32,000 bases of DNA from Candidatus Jordarchaeales archaeon. GTDB taxonomy: Archaea > Asgardarchaeota > Jordiarchaeia > Jordiarchaeales > Freyrarchaeaceae. Both the position numbers and the translations under genes were made by a program. The notes under the pieces are model-generated. The model did not search any database. It had not been told where the DNA came from and was given only the letters and a program-made list of their open reading frames with translations. The stretch is from contig JAWAHN010000001.1 in assembly GCA_038889235.1 (NCBI GenBank), forward strand, positions 854,499 through 886,498. Direction: 5' to 3'. Of this stretch, positions 8,540-17,453 are shown piece after piece (positions within the stretch are counted from its first letter, which is position 1; each line of letters opens with the position of its first letter).

Positions 8540-9185
8540 CCTGTGATCCCTGAGCTTTGGGCTGCTTTTTAGGCTGGTGCGAAACTTCTGCTGGTTCAGG
8601 CGATAATGGTTTGGTGAAAAGGTGGTATTTGTTTTCGCCTTTTAGTTCAGAGAGTATCCTGTTGACTATGGCTTTTTTAGGCTCGTGAACTTTTCCTCTT
8701 TCGGCTAGGTCGTTGAAGTCCTTAAAAGGTTCTTTTTCCCGTTCTTCTAGAATGCGCCACATGGTCTTTTCTCCAATTCCCGGTATTAATTTGAGCTGAT
8801 GAAGGCGCGTAGAGATTGGCTGTGCGTTGTTGAAAAAGTCAACGAAACGTTTCTCGTTTTTCTCGACTATTTTCTCAATGACTATTGGCAGCTCGCTCTT
8901 GGCAACAGACGTTAGCTCGTCATAAGTGATACGCTTTTCAACGTAATCTATCTTTTTTCGTTCACCCTTACCTATGTACACGCGTTCATGAAGGGAAAAA
9001 GATGCACCCTTCTTTGGAACCAGCTCAAGCAATGTGAAGAATTCTTCTCCAACAGCCTGGACTAAGGGCTTACGTTGATGCACCGGTCTCCTATCGTCTA
9101 TCCGCCCTCGGGGCAGGTAGTCTAAAACATAAGCGTACTCCTCGTATTTCTTCTCGTGCTTCTTCCTCTCACCGGCTTTTTCCAC
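8529..9185 (-). CDS. DUF655 family putative RNA-binding protein (helix-hairpin-helix)
   Basis: YAYVLDYLPRG, FTLLEL, LIPGIGEKTMWRILEER; canonical position between rpoF and ksgA. Confidence 0.9.
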   Translation of the reverse strand: MEKAGERKKHEKKYEEYAYVLDYLPRGRIDDRRPVHQRKPLVQAVGEEFFTLLELVPKKGASFSLHERVYIGKGERKKIDYVEKRITYDELTSVAKSELPIVIEKIVEKNEKRFVDFFNNAQPISTRLHQLKLIPGIGEKTMWRILEEREKEPFKDFNDLAERGKVHEPKKAIVNRILSELKGENKYHLFTKPLSPEPAEVSHQPKKQPKAQGSQDGK

Positions 9186-9245
9186 TCCCCCAACACCCCC
9201 TCAGAGAATGCATGCACTAAAAACAAGGGTACTTCAACCAAATGG

Positions 9246-9584
9246 TCATGTTTCAAGAAATTCACGGATAATGTTCACCATGCTTTCTAACTCTTCTCTC
9301 CCGAATGTTTTAGTTTCATATGCCAGAAAAACTCTTAGCTCGTCAATTGTTTGAGGTAGCACATTAACTATTTGTGTTGCAGTTGACTCCTTTAAACCGT
9401 ACTTTTCAACCAATAAATCTACAAGTTTCCTAGATTTATCTGCGGGTAATTTCGAAAAAAGCCGCACGTAGTCTAGAGTAACCCTCTGAGTGTAATTCAA
9501 CCTTCCTTCGCTTTCTCTCTTCTCTAATAGCTCTTTGACCTCAGCTAAAGTAAGATACTTCTCTGATAGAATCTTGAGAGGCAA
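9246..9584 (-). CDS. rpoF: RNA polymerase subunit Rpo4 (RpoF)
   Basis: ILSEKYLTLAEVKELL, LDYVRLFSKL, QIVNVLPQTIDELR; follows rpl21e. Confidence 0.93.
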   Translation of the reverse strand: MPLKILSEKYLTLAEVKELLEKRESEGRLNYTQRVTLDYVRLFSKLPADKSRKLVDLLVEKYGLKESTATQIVNVLPQTIDELRVFLAYETKTFGREELESMVNIIREFLET

Positions 9585-9600
9585 AAGACGTCATCCTCCT

Positions 9601-9900
9601 TTACGTGGTTTGTAATGGGCGGAGATGTTCGGGCCTTACCGTTGCCTTCTTGACTTTGCTTCCTACCTCTAGTGCTACAACATAAGCTCTTCCTCTTTTC
9701 TCAATCACAGTACCAACTTTTCCGTGGAAACGTTTATGAGGCTGCCCTTTGTGGACACTCGGATCTATTAAAATGACCACTTTTTCACCAATTTTGTAAT
9801 CGTAAAGCAATCTGTCGGGTGGAGGGAGCCCTCTCTTCCTTGGATGCTTCTTTAAGAGTTTCCTAGTCCGAGTTCTATAACCTTTGGAGTTACGAACCAA
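9601..9900 (-). CDS. rpl21e: 50S ribosomal protein L21e
   Basis: SKGYRTRTRKLL, GEKVVILIDPSVHKGQPHKRFHGKVG, VRPEHL. TTG start with GGAGG upstream. Confidence 0.97.
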   Translation of the reverse strand: MVRNSKGYRTRTRKLLKKHPRKRGLPPPDRLLYDYKIGEKVVILIDPSVHKGQPHKRFHGKVGTVIEKRGRAYVVALEVGSKVKKATVRPEHLRPLQTT

Positions 9901-10017
9901 TGCTCTAAACCTCCATTAGAGAAATTAAGGGTTTCGAGCTAACGTTGGTTTTGACTTGAAATTATCGAGTCTTGCTTTAGGGGAAAGTCGTTTTCGAATA
10001 GTGATAACTATGCCTGG

Positions 10018-10030
10018 TATATAAATTTTT
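10018..10030 (-). promoter_or_regulatory. BRE-TATA promoter for the rpl21e-rpoF-DUF655-ksgA-hemK operon
   Basis: The minus strand reads AAAAA-TTTATATA at 10030-10018. Confidence 0.6.
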
Positions 10031-10070
10031 AGAGTTAGTGGGAGGAAAGGGTATAAAAGTAAAAACCTGT

Positions 10071-11045
10071 TCATGATGAAAAAATTACTTCACGACTGGC
10101 TCTTTTGAAAAAGAGTAGTTCTCCATCCCTTATTGCAGCTTCTATTTCTTCACCTTCTCTAAGTTGCTCTACCCCGGAGGAAAGTGTGACTTCTAGGGTA
10201 TCATATGTTTCAAGATCCATCAGCTGTATGTTGCCCCCCGCTGTTGAAATTACCATGTATTTTCTAGTCGTAAGGTTTTCTCTGGGAGGGGCTTCGGTGA
10301 CGAGTTCCGTACTTGAATGAGTTGGCGCTTTGGGTGGGAGTCTGAGTGCTATTGAGAGCACACCTTTCTTTCCGTCTCTCACACTTTTGAGCTTAAAGGT
10401 TTCCGTGGCGTCAGCGTCAAGTATGTCTTTCAGTTTGTGGGCTAAACTTCGTGCAAAACCTTGCGATGAAAACTTGACGTCAAAACCTGTCTTTTTTTCC
10501 TCAACTTTATATGAAACGTTTTTTAAGCGGGCGGATTCCTCAATTATGGAGAGGATCTTTTTACGTGTCCCTGCATCTATTTTCCCATCAAAGCTTCTGA
10601 ATTGTAAAATTGCCTCCTTAGGTTCTTTCTTTATTCTTGCGCACGTAGGGCATTTTTCAAATTTTAAGTTAAACAGAACGGTTGTTTTTTCTTCGAGGGT
10701 TAGTTCAGATTCTTTGTAAATCACACTTAGCACAAAGCGATTGCTTCCCTCTCTAATTGAGGGGTGTTCTCCTAATTGAGTTTCAAAAGTGACTGTTCCA
10801 GCAAGCTCAGAGTGCAAGGGAGCTTTAACGAAGTTCTCAATTATCTCTTTAACTACTTCTCTCAGTAATTTAGAGGTAGGCTCAAACCACTTTCCTTTAA
10901 CCCTGTATCTTAAGCAGAGAGGACATACTAACGCCTTAACATTGAACGATGCGTGGTCGATTTCCCGCCTAAAATAGCACGGTAAGCAGAGATTTTCAAT
11001 AAAGCGGCCACTTGTCTTACCGCAAAGCGCACAAAACTTAGCCAT
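10071..11045 (-). CDS. nmd3: NMD3-family ribosome biogenesis factor with C-terminal eIF5A-like OB domain
   Basis: FCALCG...LCLPCY, CPLC, CPTCAR...EAILQFR; C-terminal YMVIS...IQLMDLETYDTLEV. Confidence 0.85.
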   Translation of the reverse strand: MAKFCALCGKTSGRFIENLCLPCYFRREIDHASFNVKALVCPLCLRYRVKGKWFEPTSKLLREVVKEIIENFVKAPLHSELAGTVTFETQLGEHPSIREGSNRFVLSVIYKESELTLEEKTTVLFNLKFEKCPTCARIKKEPKEAILQFRSFDGKIDAGTRKKILSIIEESARLKNVSYKVEEKKTGFDVKFSSQGFARSLAHKLKDILDADATETFKLKSVRDGKKGVLSIALRLPPKAPTHSSTELVTEAPPRENLTTRKYMVISTAGGNIQLMDLETYDTLEVTLSSGVEQLREGEEIEAAIRDGELLFFKRASREVIFSS

Positions 11046-11077
11046 AAGTCACCCCCCTTCTTTCCAACCGTCAAACT

Positions 11078-11377
11078 CTAAAGAAGTACTTTTTGGGCAT
11101 GTGCAATTCCTTGAATTTTTATCACACCATCGGGGTGGATTAATCCAGCTTCTATAGCTTTCGAGATTATCGTGTTACCAACCAGGTTCACAATGGTCGC
11201 CCGCTCTATAGCCTTTAGCGCGTCTTCAATCGATACGAGGCGACCACCGTAAAATGATTCTTTTACCTCGAGTTTAAGGTTTCCTTCCCTAAATGTTTTA
11301 CCTATTAAGTCTTCGTCACAAACTGCAACTAGAAGTTCTCGCCCCACGTATTTCTCTGAAAGGTAGACCTTCATCAT
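11078..11377 (-). CDS. DUF424 family protein
   Basis: LVAVCDEDLIGKTF.EG.L.LEV.ESFYGG, NLVGN..I..AIEAG.I. Confidence 0.88.
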   Translation of the reverse strand: MMKVYLSEKYVGRELLVAVCDEDLIGKTFREGNLKLEVKESFYGGRLVSIEDALKAIERATIVNLVGNTIISKAIEAGLIHPDGVIKIQGIAHAQKVLL

Positions 11378-11386
11378 GTTACCTTC

Positions 11387-11800
11387 CTATATATGCTTCA
11401 CAGAGAAGCGCGCCCCACAAGCTTCACACACCAGGTAGTAAATTCGTTTTTCTTTCTCCAGCCGCGTATCCGGCCGCCCACATTCACGACATATAACATA
11501 GCCCTGCACATAACGCTCAATTATTTTGTTAAACGCGGCTTCATTAAAAACCCCTTGAAAAACTGCCTTGGTTCCTTCAATGTTTCCTGCTGTTGCCAAT
11601 TCCCTAGCTAGGAACCTCAAGAGGTGTTGAGGATCTCTGTTAAGGCGCTCGCATATCTCTTTAAAGTTTCTGAGCGTCGTTATTTTTCCATCTATCGTTA
11701 TTACGGCACGCGGAACTTCGAAACGCGGTCGTTCTGAAACATCCTTTTGAAACTGGCTCCTAGCTCTATCTAGAAGGGCTTCATACTCCGCCTCATCCAA
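11387..11800 (-). CDS. eif2b: Translation initiation factor 2 subunit beta
   Basis: YEALLDRA...RFEVP, NFKEIC..LNRDP.HL..FL.REL.TAG, zinc ribbon CRECGRPDT...CEACGA. TTG start. Confidence 0.96.
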   Translation of the reverse strand: MDEAEYEALLDRARSQFQKDVSERPRFEVPRAVITIDGKITTLRNFKEICERLNRDPQHLLRFLARELATAGNIEGTKAVFQGVFNEAAFNKIIERYVQGYVICRECGRPDTRLEKEKRIYYLVCEACGARFSVKHI

Positions 11801-11802
11801 AC

Positions 11803-12441
11803 TTATCTCTCTCCGTTACTTTCGTCTAGATTACCTAAACGCTTGTAATAACCATTGTCAGTCTCATATATTATACCTTCTCTTAGCAGCAGGTCAAGAG
11901 CGTTCTCCAATTCTTCTTCCGCCACATTTAAAAGTTTTCCTAAGGTTGACTTTGAAACACCGTTTCCAGTGTCTAGGCTGTCTATTATCTTTATAATTCC
12001 CTTAAGGAGGGCAGTTTTTCTTTGATGGGGGCGTGTTTCGCTTAAAAGCGACTGGAATACGAGTATTTCGAGTTCTCGAACCAGTTCCCAGTTGGGGTCT
12101 TCGACCTTAATTATAAGTTCTGGAACCAGGTAAACTTCGCCTTTGTAGACGCGCACCAATCCCGCTACGTCGACTATGTCTCCTATGTTTATGTTGCTAG
12201 CCACATCTTTCCCCCTCCAAACCTTTACCCTAATGGTTCCGGTACCATCGTCAAGAGTGAATGAAACATAATTGCCTATTTCGCTTCTAAACACATCAAC
12301 AACCGTTCCCATAACTCTTACTTTGCCTGTCTTAATGCCGGACTTAGTGGTAAGAACGAATTTACCCGGCTCCGGATTTTCGACGGAGCCACCGATCACT
12401 TCGGATATTCGTAGCTTTCGCGCCGGTTCCCAAAACGACAT
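11803..12441 (-). CDS. RPA2/RPA32-like single-stranded DNA-binding protein (OB fold plus C-terminal winged helix)
   Basis: KVRVMGTVV...FTLDDGTGTIRVKVW...GDIVDVAG..RVYKGE; C-terminal LENALD.LLREG.IYE. Confidence 0.85.
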   Translation of the reverse strand: MSFWEPARKLRISEVIGGSVENPEPGKFVLTTKSGIKTGKVRVMGTVVDVFRSEIGNYVSFTLDDGTGTIRVKVWRGKDVASNINIGDIVDVAGLVRVYKGEVYLVPELIIKVEDPNWELVRELEILVFQSLLSETRPHQRKTALLKGIIKIIDSLDTGNGVSKSTLGKLLNVAEEELENALDLLLREGIIYETDNGYYKRLGNLDESNGER

Positions 12442-12458
12442 TGCACAAGCCTCTAGTG

Positions 12459-13346
12459 TTAAATCTTGATTCCATTCTTAACCTGGATTTCTAAGCCATA
12501 TATCTTTTCCACATTATCTTTGCATATTTTCCAGAAGACTTCTTCGCTGACACCTTTCGAAATTAAGCGTTTAACAGTTTTCGGGGCGCTTCTTGGATCA
12601 AGGACGGCGCCGGGACGTTTAGGATCATCAATGAAGTCGGTTTCAATTAGAAAATCCGTACCGAAATCTAAGGCTTTTGCGACGTTCTTTTCTGTTGCTA
12701 ACACTGACGGGAAAATACCTCTCGCCAGGAGAGGCTTTATGTCGGGAGGCGCAAAGTGTTTTATGATACGACTGGTTTTGAAGCCTATTCTTTTAATCAT
12801 ATCTGAGAGTGCATCTATTTCTTTTTCTCCAAGTCGACCCGTATGTAGCTGGACGGGGCAGTCCACGTCTTTAGCTAGTGTTAGAGCGTATTCTAACAAC
12901 TGGTTGGACGCCGCAAGAACCTCGTCACTCACCGGATAGTGGGGGAGACCTACCTCTCCTATTGCTACGGCTTTTTGTTTACAAACCCATTCGGCCGCCT
13001 TCTCAAGTCCCTTTTTAATTAGTTCAGTAGCTTCACTTAATGGGACCCCTTCATTTAGTAGGTATGTAAGTTCCGCTGGGTGTACACCAACAACCGCGAA
13101 GGCTTGCAAACCTAAATCTAGTAGCTTTTTAACAGATGCAAAAGTTAACGTGTAACAGCGATCGAAGTCGGATGGGCTCGTTAAGTGCACGTCATAGCTC
13201 CAACTCGGCAAACTGACCACGAATAAAGCTGTCCCACCCTGAGATTTGAAGGCTTTCCCGACAGCTTCAGCACCTGAGCCTTTAATAGGGTTCACGTGTA
13301 TGTGATTATCTGTCACCGGAATCAACATAAAATCACCCCAAAGCAA
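12459..13346 (-). CDS. TatD-like metal-dependent hydrolase
   Basis: DNHIH, AIGEVGLPHY, QLHT, IKHF, ETD. The likely start is ATG 13328 after SD GGTGA. Confidence 0.85.
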   Translation of the reverse strand: MLWGDFMLIPVTDNHIHVNPIKGSGAEAVGKAFKSQGGTALFVVSLPSWSYDVHLTSPSDFDRCYTLTFASVKKLLDLGLQAFAVVGVHPAELTYLLNEGVPLSEATELIKKGLEKAAEWVCKQKAVAIGEVGLPHYPVSDEVLAASNQLLEYALTLAKDVDCPVQLHTGRLGEKEIDALSDMIKRIGFKTSRIIKHFAPPDIKPLLARGIFPSVLATEKNVAKALDFGTDFLIETDFIDDPKRPGAVLDPRSAPKTVKRLISKGVSEEVFWKICKDNVEKIYGLEIQVKNGIKI

Positions 13347-13426
13347 TCATTTAAACGAGTAACACTTAAAGAATAAAAATGTAGGGAACTGAAAGCGGTA
13401 AGGGAAAGCGATATAAGGCGCTCGAG

Positions 13427-13750
13427 GTGGTCGAGGTGGTCGTGGTAGTTTTTGTGACAGCCAAAGAGAGCGAAGCCGAGAAAATTGCTTCTGAGCTTAT
13501 TAATAGGCGTTTAGCCGCGTGCGTCAACATATTACCCGGAGCCACGTCGATTTACTGGTGGCAGGGGAAGGTTGAAAAGGATAGGGAGAGCTTACTGGTG
13601 ATCAAGTCTGATGAAAAAGTGCTGGATAAGCTTGTTGAGGCCGTTAAACAAGTGCATAGTTACACGGTGCCCGAGATAATAGCTGTGAACGTGGTTGGAG
13701 GGTCAAGGGACTACATTAAGTGGGTTGAAGAAAACTTGTCAAGAGAGTGA
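13427..13750 (+). CDS. cutA: CutA divalent-cation tolerance protein
   Basis: LINRRLAACVNI, SIYWWQGKVE, VHSYTVPEII. Confidence 0.95.
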   Translation: MVEVVVVVFVTAKESEAEKIASELINRRLAACVNILPGATSIYWWQGKVEKDRESLLVIKSDEKVLDKLVEAVKQVHSYTVPEIIAVNVVGGSRDYIKWVEENLSRE

Positions 13751-13757
13751 CCTCTAA

Positions 13758-14468
13758 TTGGCAAAGAAACCTGTTAGAAGAGGGGACAGAGTTGAGGTCG
13801 TTTATTCTGATGAAAGGTGGAGGCTCCTAGCTGAGCTTAGAAAGAGAGCAGTGCAAGTGATTAGGAAGCTTAGAGAACACGGGTTAGACGCAATAGTTCA
13901 CGGCAGTGTTGCACGAGGCGATGTCACAAAACACAGTGACGTTGATATCGTGATACCATACCAAGTTGCATCGTTTAAGGTAGAAACCGCGCTTGGAGAA
14001 TTATTTCCGACTTTCATGGAGAAATCTATAGTCCAAGCAACGCCGCAGCATGCACCCAAAGCACATATACAAGTTGACGATAAATTGACAGTTACATTTC
14101 CTTTAGCTAAACTTAGTAGACTTGAGTGTGAATTTTACGGCTTCGGTGGAGTAGTTAACCTTGAACAACTCGAAAGAGGGGAGAGGGTGCCAGGTGTAGA
14201 CAAGAGACTCATGCTTATAGAACCAACGGATAGAGGACATTTAGAAAGTCCAATCATAGGAAGAGAGAGCATCGTTGCAAAAAAATTAGGGATAAGTGTT
14301 GAAACAGTTCAACAGAGAGTTAGAGTGCTAACAAGGCGCGACGAAATAGGGAGGACTGGAGTTTATTTTAAAAGAAGCTTGGAAGACGACGAAAGCTTTG
14401 AAGACGTTCTAAAGAAAATGGCTGAACGAGACCCAGTTATAAGAGGAAGACTTAGGTGGGGTGCATGA
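13758..14468 (+). CDS. Minimal nucleotidyltransferase-fold protein (archaeal family)
   Basis: HGSVARGDV...SDVDI (pol-beta GS/DxD motif), GVDKRL.LIEP, RVRVL.RRD..GRTGV. Confidence 0.85.
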   Translation: MAKKPVRRGDRVEVVYSDERWRLLAELRKRAVQVIRKLREHGLDAIVHGSVARGDVTKHSDVDIVIPYQVASFKVETALGELFPTFMEKSIVQATPQHAPKAHIQVDDKLTVTFPLAKLSRLECEFYGFGGVVNLEQLERGERVPGVDKRLMLIEPTDRGHLESPIIGRESIVAKKLGISVETVQQRVRVLTRRDEIGRTGVYFKRSLEDDESFEDVLKKMAERDPVIRGRLRWGA

Positions 14469-15544
14469 GGGTCAGAAAGCTTCAAGACGGATGTTCATGG
14501 GTTTTGGGAAAACTACCGGAGGGGTGCAAGCTTTGTGCAAAAGGGGCAAAATTAGTCCTATTTATAACAGGAAAGTGTTTACTCCCAAAGGAGTGTTCAT
14601 GGCTTTGTCCTGTCTCTAATGAAAAGAAAGGCGTGGATGTAATATATGCGAACGAGAGACGTGTTATAAGCATCGAGGAAGTTTTAGAGGAAGCGTCATT
14701 AATGGATGCTGAGGGTACGGGAATAACCGGGGGAGAGCCTCTCCTAGTCTTAGACCGCACCATTAATTTCATTAAGTGTTTAAAGGAGAATTTTGGCGAG
14801 AAGCACCATGTACATGTTTATACTTCAGGAAAAAACCTTACAAAAGAAGAGCTTAACAAACTGGTAGACGCCGGCTTGGATGAGCTTAGGATACATATAC
14901 CAACGTTAGAAGTTTTAAGACTAGCCTTAGAATACCCCGTCAGGGTTGGTGTAGAGATACCCGTAATTCCAGGCTCAGAAGAAAATTTAGTGAAGCTTGC
15001 TTTTCAACTAGACGAGCTGGGAGTAGACTTCCTGAACTTGAACGAACTGGAGTTCTCAGAGAGCAATGCGGAGGAATTGAGGCGGAGAGGCATTTTTCCG
15101 CGGGATGACGGAATTGCCGCTGAGGGGAGTGAAGAAGCGGCGACACGATTGCTAGAAGCCGTCAAAGGCTCACTTTCGTTAAACATCCATTACTGTTCGG
15201 CACGGTTCAAAGACAGTGTACAGCTAAGGAACAGGTTTCTTAGAAGAGCACAGAGAGTTGCACGACCCTACGAGATAATATCGGATGACGGACTTCTTGT
15301 TAAAGGAGTCATACACGGTGTCCCGGTTTCAGAGTTGGATAAACTCGCCGAGTTTCTGAAGAAGAAGTTTAAAATTAAACAAGAAATGATATGGGTAAAC
15401 TATGAGAAAGAAAGGATAGAAACTTCAATCGAAATAGCATACAAAATCGCGAAGAAGCTGCGGGAGCGGAACTTCGAAATAGGGATACTTGAAGAGTACC
15501 CAACGCATCCCCCTAGGCTTGAAGTGGAATACACTCCGCTTTAA
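14456..15544 (+). CDS. Radical SAM superfamily protein (uncharacterised archaeal family), non-canonical Cys motif
   Basis: LPEGCKLC..GAKLVLFITGKC, GITGGEPL, HVYTSG, GLDELRIH, NLNELEFS, HYCS..FKD..QLRNR; overlaps the upstream gene. Confidence 0.85.
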   Translation: MGCMRVRKLQDGCSWVLGKLPEGCKLCAKGAKLVLFITGKCLLPKECSWLCPVSNEKKGVDVIYANERRVISIEEVLEEASLMDAEGTGITGGEPLLVLDRTINFIKCLKENFGEKHHVHVYTSGKNLTKEELNKLVDAGLDELRIHIPTLEVLRLALEYPVRVGVEIPVIPGSEENLVKLAFQLDELGVDFLNLNELEFSESNAEELRRRGIFPRDDGIAAEGSEEAATRLLEAVKGSLSLNIHYCSARFKDSVQLRNRFLRRAQRVARPYEIISDDGLLVKGVIHGVPVSELDKLAEFLKKKFKIKQEMIWVNYEKERIETSIEIAYKIAKKLRERNFEIGILEEYPTHPPRLEVEYTPL

Positions 15545-16450
15545 CTACTGAGTGCTCTCTCTTCCTTGAAGGACTTGGGCTTGGAATGTTTGTTTTGAGG
15601 TTAAATCCATTATGGCGTTTTCCAGTATTTTAAGGATACGGCTCCTGTAGCTAGGGTCAATGGCAACCATACCATGCGCCTTCAAACCAAGTATTTCACT
15701 TATCTTTTCTGGTGGAAGAGCATTTGGAAGGTCTTGCTTGTTTGCTATAAGTATCACTTTAGCTGGTTTTAGAAAACCTGAAATTTGGTGGAATAGCTCC
15801 TTTGCCTCATAAACCCCCTTAGGCGTTGATTCACAAACGAAAAGAATAATGTCGGCATCTCTTGTTAGTCTCTCCCAGAGAACCCTAAACCTTTCCTGTC
15901 CACCTAAATCCCAAAGTATTAGCCTGATGTTGAGCGAGGATAAGTCAAATTCCCTGATGTTTACCAGCATGGTCGGAGGGTGACTTTCCCCTATATTCTC
16001 GCCCGTGATTAGGTTTATGAGGGAGGTCTTACCCACGTTTTCCCTGCCTACTAGTGCAATTTTAATATGAGATTTCATTATGTCGTCTGCAAAGGCCTCA
16101 AATTTCTTGAAAATAGATACATTGCCGTTCCATTCCTGGAGTTCCTTCGAAAAAAGGTTTAGAAAGGTGTCTCTTAACGCCTTTAATTTCCTCTTCAAAA
16201 TATCATCTTTCTCACTCTTATCTGCACAAATCACGAAAAGTAGATCTCCATGTGTAGAGTAGACAAATTTTATGTTCCTCATAACTACGGATTCTATTTC
16301 TTCTTCAGAGTCAAAGGATTTTATGAAGGATGCAAAAGCAGTTAAAAAACCGGAAATTATACTCTCATCTACATATTGTTTGTGGTATGACTTATGGAAC
16401 AAACAAATTCCGGAAGAAGTTATGATGTAAATGTCCCAAATCAAGAGCAA
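15545..16450 (-). CDS. Longin-like domain fused to an Arf/Rab-like small GTPase
   Basis: N-terminal YIITSSGICLF...DESIISGFLTAF..F...EIESV.M...FVY...LLFVIC (longin pattern); G1 GRENVGKT, G2 PPTM, G3 WDLGGQERFR.LW, G4 NKQD. The start may be TTG 16444, given its spacing from GGAGG. Confidence 0.85.
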   Translation of the reverse strand: MLLIWDIYIITSSGICLFHKSYHKQYVDESIISGFLTAFASFIKSFDSEEEIESVVMRNIKFVYSTHGDLLFVICADKSEKDDILKRKLKALRDTFLNLFSKELQEWNGNVSIFKKFEAFADDIMKSHIKIALVGRENVGKTSLINLITGENIGESHPPTMLVNIREFDLSSLNIRLILWDLGGQERFRVLWERLTRDADIILFVCESTPKGVYEAKELFHQISGFLKPAKVILIANKQDLPNALPPEKISEILGLKAHGMVAIDPSYRSRILKILENAIMDLTSKQTFQAQVLQGRESTQ

Positions 16451-16606
16451 GCCTCCGAGAAAAACAACATTTCTTTACCAATTTTTTATTTTTAGATTTA
16501 AAAATATTTTTTGAGAAACCAATAACCATGGTCGTAGAACTATGCGAGAAAAATCTTAAAAGCGTGCGAGTGAATTTAACCTTCGACGTGAACAGGAGGA
16601 GTATGC

Positions 16607-16921
16607 ATGGACATTCTTGTGATCGGAGACAGAGACACGGTAATTGGGTTTAAACTTGCAGGAGTCTCTTCCGCTTTAGAAGTTAGAAGTCCCGAGGAGG
16701 CAAAAGTGGCCCTAAAAAATGCGTTCCAACAGCGTAATATTGGAGTAATAATGATCCCAAAAAAGTTGGCGCAAGAGATAAAGTCATTCATAAGTAAATT
16801 AACTGAGGAGGCAGATTTCCCAATAATTGTCGAGATTCCTGGAAAGGAAGGAGTGGAAGAAGAAGTTGATGCTTTGAGGGAGCTCATAAGGAAGGCGGTA
16901 GGCATAGAGATTAAGTTTTAG
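16607..16921 (+). CDS. atpF: A/V-type ATP synthase subunit F
   Basis: ILVIGDRDTVIGFKLAGV, IGVIMI, PIIVEIPGKEG, LRELIRKAVGI; SD AGGAGG. Confidence 0.93.
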   Translation: MDILVIGDRDTVIGFKLAGVSSALEVRSPEEAKVALKNAFQQRNIGVIMIPKKLAQEIKSFISKLTEEADFPIIVEIPGKEGVEEEVDALRELIRKAVGIEIKF

Positions 16922-16923
16922 CT

Positions 16924-17406
16924 TTAAAGATTCCGGAGAATCTCTTCAGCGCCCATCGACCTACCGCAGTACTCGCACCTGATCATCAAAGGACTTTGTT
17001 CTTCAACTCTAAACCGTGGAACTATGGGTTCACCACTGTTAGTGATGCAATTGGGATTAACGCACTTAGGAAAGCCCTCGATTACCTCTGGCAGCTTGAC
17101 TTTTTCTTTCTTTACGATTTTGTAGTCTCTCACAATGTTTATTGTTGCGCTGGGAGAAATTAATGCTATTTTGTGCACTTCATTGGGATCAAGCTCTTTT
17201 CCTTCAATTTTGACTATGTCTTTCTTTCCGATTTTTTCGCTCGGAACGTGCATAACTATACTTACGATGTTGTCTTCTTTCCCGCAGATTCCGAGTATCT
17301 TTAAAACCTTTAGCGCCATGCCGTTGGTTATATGATCAATTACCGTTCCATCCCGTATTTTTCTTACTCTAAGTTCTTTCTCGAAAACCTCAGCAGCCAA
17401 AACCAA
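16924..17406 (-). CDS. pyrI: Aspartate carbamoyltransferase regulatory chain
   Basis: LRVRKIRDGTVIDHI, KKDIVKIEG, IALISPSATINIVRDY, zinc site CVNPNCIT...CEYC. Confidence 0.97.
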   Translation of the reverse strand: MVLAAEVFEKELRVRKIRDGTVIDHITNGMALKVLKILGICGKEDNIVSIVMHVPSEKIGKKDIVKIEGKELDPNEVHKIALISPSATINIVRDYKIVKKEKVKLPEVIEGFPKCVNPNCITNSGEPIVPRFRVEEQSPLMIRCEYCGRSMGAEEILRNL

Positions 17407-17453
17407 CGACCTCTGTCTTTTAGTGAAAGGTCGAGTAGAGGAAAGGTTAATTT

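Noticed and set aside
10105-12939. Plus-strand ORFs opposite nmd3, eif2b, RPA and tatD (for example 10330-10719 and 12466-12939)
   Set aside because: Shadow ORFs of well-supported minus-strand genes.
16576-16905. 109-aa minus-strand ORF
   Set aside because: Antisense shadow of atpF, which has clear motifs and an SD.
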